From NCBI RefSeq assembly GCF_006345805.1, contig NC_042999.1, positions 43,524,001 through 43,588,000 on the forward strand: DNA of 64,000 bases, given 5' to 3'. How positions within the stretch are numbered: position 1 is the stretch's first letter; the number at the start of each line of letters is the position of its first letter. The DNA is from Octopus sinensis. Its lineage: Eukaryota. Positions 24,906 through 37,023 of the stretch are shown one piece after another. Position numbers and translations under genes: made by a program. A model generated the notes under the pieces. That model did no database searches. It was given only the letters and a program-made list of their open reading frames with translations, and had not been told where the DNA came from.

Positions 24906-25196
24906 TCTTCTTTATATATAAAAGTCAAGTTGTGTGTCTGTCTCCTACGATTTAGATTCTTAACTACTCCCACATTTTGCGGTGCAGTGTAACCAAAAGC
25001 GGGTATCTTATAGTCGTGATTCATATCGAGCCCTTCTGGGTATTAGTGCGCGTCTACGATTTAAAAAATAATTTACCATCATTTTTTTCCATTTTAATGC
25101 ATTTTTTTCGCTATTATATAAGGGAAGTAACTCTCTAAAAATGCTTATATAGTTATTTCCCTTTCAAACCCGAGCAACACCGGGCGATACTGCTAG
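24906..25196 (+). mobile_element. Complete non-autonomous Helitron (about 291 bp)
   Basis: A^TC start, subterminal hairpin CCCG-AGCAACAC-CGGG, CTAG^T end, no TSD. Confidence 0.8.
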
Positions 25197-25210
25197 TATA
25201 TATATATATA

Positions 25211-25424
25211 TACTCTTTACTCTTTTACTTGTTTCAGTCATTTGACTGCGGCCATGCTGGAGCACCGCCTTTAATCGAGCAACTCGACCCCGGGACTTAT
25301 TCTTTGTAAGCCCAGTACTTATTCTATCGGTCTTTTTTGCCGAACCGCTAAGTGACGGGGACGCAAACACACCAGCATCGGTTGTCAAGCAATGCTAGGG
25401 CGACAAATACAGACACACAAACAT

Positions 25425-25479
<55 letters not shown>

Positions 25480-25640
25480 TACGACAGGCTTCTTTCAGTT
25501 TCCATCTACCAAATCCACTCACAAGGCTTTGGTTGGCCCGAGGCTAAAGTAGAAGACACTTGCCCAAGGTACCACGCAGTGGGACTGAACCTGGAACCAT
25601 GTGGTTGGTAAGCAAGCTACTTACCACACAGCCACTCCTG
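25211..25640 (-). mobile_element. SINE family A
   Basis: Reverse-complement match. Confidence 0.9.
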
Positions 25641-25873
25641 TATATTATATATATATATATATATATATGTAGACACACACACCTATAGATATATGCATAC
25701 ACACATACACATGCATACATATATGCACATACACATACATACATCCATAAACATGCATGTATACATGTCCATATATGTATTATTAAACAATTAAAGAATA
25801 AGATTAGAGAGTTAAAAAATTAAAAATGGAGTCAATGGTAAGTCTATTTCCCTCTATTTAACCATCTCACATT

Positions 25874-25921
25874 GTCTCTGATGAAGGGATATCCCTAATA
25901 TCCCAGAAACAGTTGTAAGAC
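25874..25921 (+). ncRNA. Minimal type I hammerhead ribozyme motif
   Basis: GUCU-CUGAUGA-A-GGGAUA(UCCCUAA)UAUCCC-A-GAAA-C-AGUU-GUA-AGAC. Confidence 0.72.
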
Positions 25922-26040
25922 TAACTTTCTCTTTATAAATGTCCTGAAAATTCCACACAGCCTTGGCTTTGTTGTCTCATTTTATTTAACACATAAACAC
26001 ACACACACACACACATAATATATATATATATATATATATA

Positions 26041-26450
26041 TACTCTTTACTCTTTTACTTGTTTCAGTCATTTGACTGCGGCCATGCTGGAGCACCGCCT
26101 TTAGTCGAGCAAATCGACCCCAGGACTTATTCTTTGTAAGCCCAGTACTTATTCTATCGGTCTCTTTTGCTGAACCGCTAAGTTACGGGGATGTAAACAA
26201 ACCAGCATCGGTTGTCATGCAATGCTAGGGGGACAAAAACAGACACACAAACGCATACACATACACATATATATATATACATATATACAACAGGCTTCTT
26301 TCAGTTTCCATCTACCAAATCCACTCACAAGGCATTGGTTGGCCCGGGGCTATAGCAGAAGACACTTGCCCAAGATGCCGCGCAGTGGGACTGAACCCGG
26401 AACCATGTGGTTGGTTAGCAAGCTACTTACCACACAGCCACTCCTGTGCC
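26041..26450 (-). mobile_element. SINE family A
   Basis: Reverse-complement match. Confidence 0.9.
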
Positions 26451-26471
26451 TATATATATATATATATACAG

Positions 26472-26504
<33 letters not shown>

Positions 26505-26509
26505 ATATA

Positions 26510-26905
26510 TCATCATCATCATCATCGTTTAACATCTGTTTCCCATGCAGGCATGGGTTGCATGGTTTGACTGAGGCTGGAGAGCCAGCGGCTGCACCAA
26601 GCTCCAATCTGATCTGGCAATGTTTCTACAGCTGGATGCCCTTTCTAACGCCAACTACTCCGAGAGTGTAATGGGTCCTTTTTACCTGCCACCGGTACAG
26701 GAGCCAGTCAGGCGGGCCTGGCATCAATCACATTCGGATGGTGCTTTTTACATGCCGACAGCACAATAGCCAGTCAGGGGCTACTGGCATTGTCCATGCT
26801 TTTTATGTGCCACTGGCATAGGAGCCAGTCAAGCGGACTTGTCATCGACCACTTTCACATGGTGCTTTTTACATGTCACCAGCATGGGAGCCAGTCAGGG
26901 GGCAC
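26510..26905 (-). mobile_element. RTE LINE 3'-end fragment with about 4 diverged minisatellite units
   Basis: (CAT)n tail and repeated GGTGCTTTTTACATG units. Confidence 0.8.
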
Positions 26906-26953
26906 TGGCTACAGTTACAATATTGGTTTTACTTGTATGATATTTGTTTCACT

Positions 26954-26995
<42 letters not shown>

Positions 26996-27039
26996 AGTGA
27001 AACAAATATCATACACACACACATATATATATATATATA

Positions 27040-27345
27040 TCACGTGATCACGTGACTGACCAGGCTATCAGATGTTGCTACACATCGCTGGTCACAATGC
27101 GCTTCGCATTGTTTTAGCCTTCAAATGACGCCACCCTGCTGGCTAAGCGAGCAGGCCAACAGAAGAAAGAATGGGAGAAAGTTGTGGCAAAAGAGTACAG
27201 CAGGGGCCCCCCCCCCCTGCCGGAACCTTGTGGAGCTTTAGGTGTTTTCGCTCAATAAACACTCACAACACCTGGTCTGGGAATCGAAACCGCGATCCTA
27301 CGACCACGAGCCGCTGCCCTAACCACTGGGCCATTGCACCTCCAT
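27040..27345 (-). mobile_element. SINE family C, full length
   Basis: Reverse of GCAATGGCCCAGTGGTTAGGGCAGCGG head, with GGTTTCGATTCCC B-box-like motif. Confidence 0.85.
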
Positions 27346-27548
27346 ATATATATATATATATATAAAATTCAGAACTAGCACACACCATAAGGATGCAGGA
27401 AAAGCATCAAACTGTTTAGAAATAAGAGTTAAAGTCCTACTTAACCACTGGAAGGCACCAATGTAACAGAAAATAACAGTAAGCGAGAAAATGGATAAAG
27501 AATTAAGATATCAAAAGGCATATCCTTAAAGATAATACCATTCAGATG

Positions 27549-27606
27549 CTCGTATACCATGGTTTCAGATTCTGGCCCAGAGTACCTCAACCTTCTTCAG
27601 TATGAG
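27549..27606 (-). ncRNA. Type I hammerhead ribozyme motif
   Basis: CUCAUA-CUGAAGA-AGG...UCU-GAAA-C-CAUG-GUA-UACGAG; palindromic ACCAUGGU. Confidence 0.7.
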
Positions 27607-27900
27607 TTACTGGAAAAACTCTAATTCCTCTACGTTATAAATCAATTAGTGTTGTGGCTTGTTTTTCACCAAGCTGCTCCACATGGTGCAAATATATTTA
27701 TGAGCAAAATATTTGAACGTTTACACTTGAAGTAATATGTTACTATTGTTAATATCATCTGTGGTGAATATTTTTAATTGATAAAATTAACAGCAGTTGC
27801 TGCTGTTAATATTATCACTACATTTCATACTGTATCCCCATTACTGTTACTTATCTCCTCCTCCTCCACCATTTAGTAGATGGAAACTGGAAAAAGCCCA

Positions 27901-27931
<31 letters not shown>

Positions 27932-27942
27932 TACTTTGCTAG

Positions 27943-27992
27943 CAAAAACTGTCTGATGAACGGCAACGAGAAACTCAGAGTAACAGATTTTG
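27943..27992 (+). ncRNA. Minimal type I hammerhead ribozyme motif
   Basis: CAAAAACUGU-CUGAUGA-A-CG(GCAA)CG-A-GAAA-C-UCAGA-GUA-ACAGAUUUUG; stem III ACUC-A-GAGU. Confidence 0.72.
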
Positions 27993-28138
27993 TTGAATTT
28001 TCTGCTGCTTAAAATAAAGCATATTACTCTACCACTGGTATTTGAGTACTCTTTTTTCAACCTTGTTTCACATTTATGTGTTTACTCCGGTATATATATA
28101 TATATATAATATATATATATAATATATATATATATGTA

Positions 28139-28169
<31 letters not shown>

Positions 28170-28515
28170 AGGGTAAAGACCCCCTTCGGTCATGAATGAC
28201 CATGGGATTGCACCTAGAAAGTTACCCTCCTAGACACAAGTCCGGGCAAGGTTGTTTATGGAAGACCAGCAGTCGCCCATGCATACCGGCCTCCCCTCTC
28301 CACGCCACCAGTGTTATCCAAGGGAAAGACAAAGGTCGATACAGCTTGGCACCTGTGACGTCGCAACTCATTTCTACAGCTGAGTTAACTGGAGCAACGT
28401 GAAAATAAAGTGCTTTGCTCAAGAACACAACACGCAGCCCGGACCGGGATTTGAGCTCACAACCTCACGATCGTAAGCTCGACGCTCTAACCACTGAGCC
28501 ATGCGCCTTCACGAA
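28170..28515 (-). mobile_element. tRNA-derived SINE family D, full length
   Basis: Reverse of GCGCATGGCTCAGTGGTTAGAGCGTCG head; matches 40807-41125. Confidence 0.85.
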
Positions 28516-28590
28516 GCCATGCGCCTCCACTGAGCCATGCGCCTTATATATATATATATGAATGTGTGTATATATATATATATACACACA

Positions 28591-28653
<63 letters not shown>

Positions 28654-29040
28654 TATATATGGAAGTGGGTTGTGTCTCCTATTTTGACATCATGCTATGT
28701 GTCATTGTCATATTGCAGCCCCCATATGTATCCCTATGTGTGTGTGTATGTGTATGTGTGTGTGGAGGATTGTATCTTCTTGTCCCAAATTTGCACTATA
28801 GTTGTAAACAAATGTCACTGTCATACAAGCGTGTTCCTTCATTTCCAATCTTCTGTGAAAACATGTCTGGCTATGGGGGAAACAATAGTTTGTTTCAAAA
28901 CAGGTATGGGTTAACAAGAGGAAAGACATCCAGCCAGAGAAAATGTGCTTTAATGAATTTTGTTTGACCCATACAAGCATGGAAAAGTGGATGTTCAAAT
29001 AGTTTTGAGTTCTTAGGCTTGCCAGCATGGAAAGTAGACA

Positions 29041-29078
<38 letters not shown>

Positions 29079-29915
29079 CGACGACGATGAGGATGTGTGT
29101 GTGTGTATCTGTATGTGTGTATATGTGTATGTATATATAATGAGATATGCTGGCGTTGGGCATCTCATATGTCATTTTTATTTTAATTCAAATTCAATAT
29201 TTGAATTAGATTTTTAATTCAAAATTTAATTAGATTTTGATGAAGATTTTGTCTTAACTATGATTATGGGCAGTTTGGAAAGGGTGGTAGCAAAAGGGTT
29301 GACATAAAGAACTGAATCAACTGCAGATTTGAAATAAAACAAGGTTACAGGCTTATTGTGCCAAGAGGAATGTAGTTCTCCTCTTTAACATTCACTAATA
29401 AAATCAAAATTAACAGAGCCAAATGATAGAAAGTCAATGATGAAACCATGTCATCCAGTTGCTTGACCTGCTAGTCATATCAGCCTTTTTCATTTCCCTT
29501 GGGTCATGCTCTATTGGCTTAAAAAAAAAAAGGACTCAGTTGATGATAGCTATTGATAAAATTTATGTTTGGGTATGGCTGAAGTACTTTTGATCATCAT
29601 AGTATCACAGTATCAAGCAGACTATTGGGTGTTGTCATACATCGCTGGTCACGATGCACTTCACATTGTTTTAGCTTTTGCATGATGCCAACCCTCTGGC
29701 TAGGCAAGCAGGCCAATTTTCTCCTTGATCAAAAGGCTATTCTGTTGCAGGGCTGTCCATTTACACCTGAGTGGACTAGAGCATTGTGAAATTGAGTACT
29801 TTGCTCAAGAACACAATATGCTGCCTGGTCCATGAATTGATCCCATGATCGAACAATCATGAGTGCAACACCCTAACCACCAGACTACATGCCTTCACCT
29901 TTTGATCATAGTTTT

Positions 29916-29979
29916 AAAAATTAAAATGAGTGACAGAAAATAGCATTTATGCTATTTTCTGTCACTCATTTTAATTTTT
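29916..29979. repeat. Perfect 31-bp inverted repeat with 2-nt spacer
   Basis: AAAAATTAAAATGAGTGACAGAAAATAGCAT-TT-reverse complement, no mismatch. Confidence 0.95.
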
Positions 29980-29985
29980 CTGAAA

Positions 29986-30222
29986 AGGTGGCGAGCTGGC
30001 AGAAACATTAGCATGCTAGGCGAAATGCTTTGCGGTATTTCGTCTGCCGTTACATTCTGAGTTCAAATTCCGCCGAGGTCAGCTTTGTCTTCCATCCTTT
30101 CGAGGTCGATTAAATCAGTACCAGTTATGCACTGGGGTTGATATAATCGACTTAATCCGTTTGTCTGTCCTTGTTTGTCCCCTCTGTGTGTAGCCCCTTG
30201 TGGACAGTAAAGAAATAAGAAA
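29986..30222 (+). mobile_element. SINE family B, full length
   Basis: GGTGGCGAGCTGGCAGAA head, CTTTCATCCTTTCG.GGTCGAT core, (AAATAAG)n tail; over 20 fragments in window. Confidence 0.88.
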
Positions 30223-30417
30223 ATAGCTTAAATGGATCAATGACTGGGATATAGATCACTTGTATGACTGAGTGGTTAAGAAATTTGCTTTATAACCATG
30301 TCATTGTGCACAGCATGTTGGCTAAGTATCTTCTACTATATCCCAAGGATAACCAGTGCCTTGCGAATAGGAGTGATAGATAGAAACTGTATTGAAGCCC
30401 ATCATGTGTGTGTGTGC

Positions 30418-30493
<76 letters not shown>

Positions 30494-30611
30494 CGCACAT
30501 GTATGTGTGTGTTGGGATTGTTTACATTCTGCAATGACTTCCTATGAAATTGCTCAAGCAAAAGAAATGATATTATATTGACAATTCCCTGTCAACACAT
30601 TTTTTTTATAG

Positions 30612-30627
30612 CCCCACATTTTTAAAG
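30612..30627 (+). CDS. Candidate 16-nt microexon
   Basis: TTTTTTTTATAG|CCCCACATTTTTAAAG|GTAAAC. Confidence 0.25.
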
Positions 30628-31381
30628 GTAAACAGAATAAATCATTTTGCCTTGAAAAAACAACAGTAAGTGTTAATGACAAGAAGAGTAGTAAGAGTAT
30701 AAAATAATGCCTCAGTATTAAGATTTCATCTGACTCATGATAGCACAAAAAAAAAAACAAAAAAAAAACAGAACTAGAATGAACAAACAAAGCTAAGAGT
30801 TTGATGTGCTGAATTCAGTTTGCAAAAAATAATTAATTGATATTTCCTTGACGGTTAGAGAAAGAAAACAGAAACACTTAAATGACAATTGTTAGAAACC
30901 CTCTTAGAAAAGGGGAGATAATTTCAAAAAAATTAATTAATTTCTTAAAGTTAATTGACATACATAGAAGGAAGTCTCAAATTAATCTTGTTCCATATTG
31001 ATAACGGAGAGAAAAAAAATGCTCTTCTATGTTGTTGCTTAGCCTTCTGGATAATTTGATTAAGCAGACCTATTATAAAAGGCAGTGATCAACCCGTCAG
31101 TTTTATTGTTGTTGTTTTATTTTGGGACTTGTCCTTCATTACTTTTAATATGGTACGATTTAAGAAATATTTGGTTCATATTTCTAGCATTGCTGAATAA
31201 CACATAATGGATCTTTCATCAGGTTCATGTTTCTGAAAGGCGATGTGTGCTAGGCATTCACTTCACATTTGAAAAGTCATTGTTAAGAAAGGACAACCAA
31301 CTGGAGAGAGAGGGGGGAGAGAGGGAGGTAGGGAGGGAGAGAGAGGGAGAGAGAGGGAGAGAGAGAGCGAGAGAGAGAGAG

Positions 31382-31417
<36 letters not shown>

Positions 31418-32002
31418 AACGCCACTTATTCCAGTAATTCCTGAAAATGTCAGAAGTCACAGAACATCCATTCAAATTAGCTTAAAAAATGGATATTGAA
31501 TAATAATAAAAAATGTCAAGTGGAATTAGATGATTCACGATATCAAAAGACAGCATATTAGAATTCCTGTTGAAACTTAATTTTACTCAGAAAGTTGAAA
31601 ACTTAATAATATGTTGCCAAACTTGACAAAATATAATTTTAATTTCAAATTCAAGGGATGGTTTATTTTCTGAATTTCATATTAAAAAGTAAAGGCCCTG
31701 ATTACAACTTCAGTCTGAGTGGACAACAAAAAGCTCAGTGGAGGGCATGTAGGGCTTAGCAAGGATTGGACCCATGATTTCAAAGAAAAAACAAAAATTA
31801 TTCAAATATCTCTAACCTTTGGATTCACTGTCAGATTTCAGCATTTTTGGTGTCATGTTGCTTACAAATGAAGATCTGCAATAGTAATTGTAATGTCTTT
31901 GTTTTTGTTTACTTGTTGTTTTTTTTTTTATCTCTGTAAGGTACTGAGTCTATGATATCAGCATAAATCTTTCAATGTCAGATTGTTTAAAATTTAATTC
32001 AA

Positions 32003-32165
32003 GGTGTAGGAGTGGCTGTGTGGTAAGTAGCTTGCTTACCAACCACATGGTTCTAGGTTCAGTCCCACTGTGGGGCACCTTGGGCAAGTGTTTTCTACTA
32101 TAGCCTCGGGCCAACAAAAGCCTTGAGTGGATTTGGTAGAAGGAAACTGAAAGAAGCCCATCCTA
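32003..32165 (+). mobile_element. SINE family A 5' half
   Basis: Head and body match. Confidence 0.85.
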
Positions 32166-32255
32166 TATATGTATAAATTTATCTGAGTTTTGGATGCTGA
32201 GGTGGAAATCCACACTGCCATCTCTTCAGTTATCCGGCCATCGGAAAAATGCTAC

Positions 32256-32327
32256 GGCCAGATAACTGAAGAGTTGGCAGTGTGGATTTCCTCTTAAGCA
32301 TCCGAAACTCGGAGTTTTATCATGGCT
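32256..32327 (+). ncRNA. Type I hammerhead ribozyme motif forming the right arm of a foldback
   Basis: GGCCA-GAUAA-CUGAAGA-G...C-GAAA-C-UCGGA-GUU-UUAUC-A-UGGCU; inverted partial copy at 32183-32239. Confidence 0.65.
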
Positions 32328-32465
32328 ACCGAATAATTGTCACATATTACATTTACAGATATATATATATATAAAGTTAATCCAAACATGAAAGCACAAA
32401 AAAACACAACAACGCGAAGACGTGGAACAAATATAGTATTATTGGATGCTCAGGAAAGAAGGAGG

Positions 32466-32500
32466 GTTTAACGTTTCGAGTGGAGCTCTTCATCGGAAAC
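32466..32500 (-). ncRNA. Minimal hammerhead motif, CCGAUGA variant
   Basis: GUUU-CCGAUGA-A-GAG(CUCCA)CUC-GAAA-C-GUU-AAAC; palindromic AACGUU. Confidence 0.6.
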
Positions 32501-32611
32501 ATAGGAGAAAGAAAGATCCAGAGAAGGGAAGACAGAGGAAAAAAAATCACCAACGGTACACACGCGGTCACATTTTGAATGACCGGAAGGAAAATGCCAA
32601 TATATATATAT

Positions 32612-32654
<43 letters not shown>

Positions 32655-32796
32655 TATTTATTTCTGTTTTTGATTTTGATACCCGAACTGTTCATTTTGA
32701 TTTCCTTGTTAGTCAGAACAGATATACCCTATATCATTATCTCAACTATGGCTCTTATTTGTTCCACTTTCTCCTCGCTTTCATGTGGTAGCTATA

Positions 32797-33209
32797 TACT
32801 CTTTTACTCTTTTACTTGTTTCAGTCATTTGACTGCGGCCATGCTGGAGCACTGCCTTTTAGTCGAGCAAATCAACCCCAGGACTTATTTTTTGTAAGCC
32901 TAGTACTTATTCTATCAGACTCTTTTGCTGAACCGCTAAGTTACGAGGACGTAAACACACCAGCATTGGTTGTCAAGTGATGTTGGGGGACAAACACAGA
33001 CACACAAACATATACACACATGTACATATATATATATATATATATACATATATTCAATGGGCTTCTTTCAGTTTCCGTCTACCAAATCCACTCACAAGGC
33101 TTTGGTTGGCCCGAGGCTATAGTAGAAGACACTTGCCCAAGGTGCCACGCAGTGGGACTGAACCCGGAACCATGTGGTTGGTAAGCAAGCTACTTACCAC
33201 ACAGCCACT
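32797..33209 (-). mobile_element. SINE family A
   Basis: Reverse-complement match. Confidence 0.9.
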
Positions 33210-33822
33210 GTATATTTTCCAATGTATTTAGCTACCAACTCAATCATCTCTATGGATATATTCTTTCTTTGTGAAAGACTGGGTATCCAGAAATGATGTG
33301 GTTAATCATTTGGTTTATTTATATAGACTGCATTGTTGACAATTGACATTAGTCTCCTGTTTCATTAACTTATTTCGGTAGCTTTTTTTTTTTTGCTTTT
33401 TTATGTGATTAAGTATTGATCTTGTGCTGCTATAATCAGATCCTCAATTTATACCTTTATTACAAAGCTTTTGAATCATTGTTAGTTTTCATATTTATTC
33501 ACTTCCTCTCGGTCCAGTCTGTCAGGATATTAACAATGGAAATTGTTTTTTTATTTTTCTCCATTTTTTTTTCTCTTAGTGTTTTTGAAGCCATGCTTTG
33601 GTTCTATCTCTTTTTCTGTTTTTTTTTTCAAAATTATATTTGACTTTATTTACACCTTTACTTTTCTGTATAATTAGCTTCTAGTTTGTACTTTTATTGT
33701 TTCTCTAGATTTAGCCTTACACTAATTAATCTACTTTTGTTTGCTTCTAAGTGGCTTACTAGATTCACTGTGGGTACTATGTAATATCTTTTTTAACAGC
33801 CCCTTTTTTATTACGTCCACAG

Positions 33823-33845
33823 GAGAATGTATCAGTTTTAGAATG
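33823..33845 (+). CDS. Candidate 23-nt microexon
   Basis: Long T-rich tract, CCCTTTTTTATTACGTCCACAG|GAGAATGTATCAGTTTTAGAATG|GTAAGT; two frames open (ENVSVLE or ECISFRM). Confidence 0.45.
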
Positions 33846-34058
33846 GTAAGTCTCCTGCAAACCATTAGTAGTTTTCTCGTTTTCCATTTCAGTTAACTTC
33901 CAAATTATTATGGATCTATAGGTTATTACAAATACTGCTATATACAAGAGATAATGCCCAGGGGGTGGTCTTCAAGAACTGTTCATGAATTTAGCTGTAA
34001 TATCAAATAAGGGATTAGAGAAATAGACAAATAAACCATAGCAATGACAATAAGAGGT

Positions 34059-34484
34059 TACTCTCTTTTACTCTTTACTCTCTTTTACTCTTTTACTTGT
34101 TTCAGTCATTTGACTGTGGCCATGATGGAGCACCGCCTTTTAGTCAGGCAAATTGACCCCAGGACTTATTCTTTGTAAACCTAGTATTTAATCTATCGGT
34201 CTCTTTCACCGAACTGCTAAGTTACGGGGACGTAAACACACCAGCATCAGTTGTCAAGTGATGGTGGGGGGACAAACATAGACACAATCATATACATACA
34301 CATACATATATCCATATATACAACGGGCTTCTTTCAGTTTCTGTCTACCAGATCCACTCACAAGGATTTGGTCGGCCCGAGGCTATAGTAGAAGACACTT
34401 GCCCAAGGTGCCACACAGTGGGGCTGAACCCAGAACCATGTGGTTTGGTAAGCAAGCTATTTACCACACAGCCACTCCTACGCC
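34059..34484 (-). mobile_element. SINE family A
   Basis: Reverse-complement match. Confidence 0.9.
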
Positions 34485-35251
34485 TATGTCTTAATTAATT
34501 AAAACTGAAAATATACCAATTTAAATTTAGACATTGACATTAGAGAATTAGGACAGAACCACTCCTACAAGTTATTTTTTTACTTTATTTTTTATTATAT
34601 TTTTTATTGGATTCATATGGAGGAGAGGACCCTTATTCAAAGCCTTCAATTCTTCCCTGACCACTGATAACATTAATGCAAGGAAAACATTTATAGGGGT
34701 ATTTAGTTATGACTCTTTATATTTTGTCATGAAAAACCCCAAAAGTTTAACTTTTCCTATCATACTTTTGGTGTTGATAAAATAAGTACTAGTCATTTAT
34801 GAAGGGTCAAATAAACCTGTTGAGATGTAACATAGAGAAATGAAAAAATTAGAAAAGTATTTTATAATAACGTCAGACTAATATTCTTTCTAATTTTTGC
34901 ACAAGGTGAATGGTTTTGTGGGGAGGGGGAACTCAACTACATTGACCCCCCCCCCGACCAAGCTCAACCAGTACATATTTTATCAACCCTGGAAAGATTA
35001 AAAGCAAAGTTGATCTAAGCAGCAGTTGAACTCAGAATGTAATAAGTTTGAAGAAATAGCGCTAAGTATTTTGTCTGGCACAGGAATGATTCTGCCAGCT
35101 TGCTGCCTTGTGTCAGACTATTTTACTTGAAACAGAGAACTCTGGATTAAATTCTCCAACATGCACCATTTTTTAAGATGGTAGGGTGAGATATAAAGGA
35201 GATTTGGCTACTATTTCTGGTAGGTCAAAAAATCGTATAGATGCTACTTAA

Positions 35252-35459
35252 ACCTTTCGCTAATGTATTAATTTTAAGATGTTCTGTGTGTCTTCCAATT
35301 ACTTTAAATATAACAAAGAATTTAGTAAAATAACTTAGTTATCATTAAGCTAGTGTTAGGAACATAAATTGTGACTAAAGTTGGGTGGAAGATTTTAATT
35401 CAAAACTTATGAAAACAAGACATTTGTACTCAGAGTCAGCCGGGTTGGTAACGAAAGGG
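35252..35459. mobile_element. piggyBac-like MITE
   Basis: TTAA TSDs; TIR (A/C)CCTTTCG. Confidence 0.7.
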
Positions 35460-35774
35460 TTAAATGGTTTATCTATATAGAATTCTGTAACAAATGGTAC
35501 TATATTGTAATTAGAAATTAATATTATTAAAAGTTAAATGAAATTGTTATCTTTATTGTTATTTTTTGTTTTTTAATTAACAATCCATTAAATTCACTCT
35601 AGTATATAACTTGTAAATATTTTATGAATATAAGAAAGATGAAAGGAAAAGTCAAACCTTTGGCAATTTTCATCACAAAACGTAAAGGGTCATAACTAAA
35701 TATCCCTATAAATGTTTTCCTTTAAATTCTGCCCTCCTTTACAATACTATTATCATTATTATTATTATCATTCA

Positions 35775-36112
35775 GTAGTTTTATTTTTATAGCGTGCTTT
35801 CACTTCACTACCGAGCGCAGCTCTGTGTGCCTTAGGTATGTGCTGTGATTTGTTGTGATGCTCTGATGGTTATTGTATGGAAAGTGTTCTGCGTAGGATG
35901 TGTGCAGTGCCTAGTAGTGCAATTTTCTGTATGTTATGTGTTTGTAAGTCCTGGTGTTTTTGTTATGTATTTGTCTGAATATTTTTTTATCATGCCTAAT
36001 GCACCTACTATGATAGGAATTGTTTCTGTTTTTAGATTCCACATTCTGGTTACCACTATTTCCAGGTCTTTGTATTTTGAGAGTTTCTCCATTTCTTTTA
36101 GAGACATGTTGT
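35775..36112 (-). mobile_element. R4/Dong-like (RLE-type) LINE 3' fragment in (TAA)n
   Basis: EKLSKYKDL...IPIIVGALG...QKIALLGTAHILRRTL; flanked by (ATT)n on both sides. Confidence 0.85.
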
Positions 36113-36147
36113 CATTATTATTATTATTATTATCATTATTATTATTA

Positions 36148-36178
<31 letters not shown>

Positions 36179-36646
36179 CATCATTATCATCATCATCATC
36201 ATCATCATCATTATTATTTCCGTTGAGGTCAACTTTGCCTTTCATCCTTTTGCAGTCAATGAAATAAGTACCAGTGAAACTCTGGGGGTCAATGTAATCA
36301 ACTAGCCCTGTCCCCCCAACATTTTAGGCCTTGTGCCTATAGTAGGAACGGGTTGTGTTGTTGTTGTTAGTAGTAGTAGTATGATTATTATTATTATTAT
36401 TATCATTATTATTATTATTAAGGTGGTGAGTTGGCTGAGTCGTTAGCATGCTGGGCAAAATGTTTAGTGGTATTTAACTGTCTTTACATTCTGAGTTCAA
36501 ATTCCGCTGAGGCCAACTTTGCCTTTCATCCTTCTGGGGTTGATAAATTAAGCACCAGTTGAGTACTGGGGTCGATGTAATCAACTAAACACGTCCTCCA
36601 AAATTTCAGGGCTTGTACCTTTAACAGAAAAGGTTATTATTATCAA

Positions 36647-36912
36647 GTAAAGTCAGTCACCACATCGAAGTGGCTGTTCCATGTTACTATTAATTTAACC
36701 CCAGGCAGATTATTTGCCAGCTGGTTATCGGTGTGACTCTTCACCCTTTATATACAATATATATTTTTAGCAGGGGGAGTGAACCCCTACCACCCTCTAT
36801 ATTGTACATAAAGGGTGCAGAGTTGCACCGATAACCAGCTGGTGGATAATCTGCCTGGGGTTAAACTAGTAGTAGCATGGAACAGCCACTTTGATGTGGC
36901 GACTGACTTTAC
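36647..36912. mobile_element. Foldback MITE (about 120-bp arms)
   Basis: GTAAAGTCAGTC... vs ...GACTGACTTTAC; nearly wholly palindromic. Confidence 0.8.
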
Positions 36913-36971
36913 CTTTTAGTATAGTTACTACTCTAATCTCTTCTTGAGATTTTACAACTAGCTATTACTAA

Positions 36972-37003
<32 letters not shown>

Positions 37004-37023
37004 TATTATTATTATTATTATTA

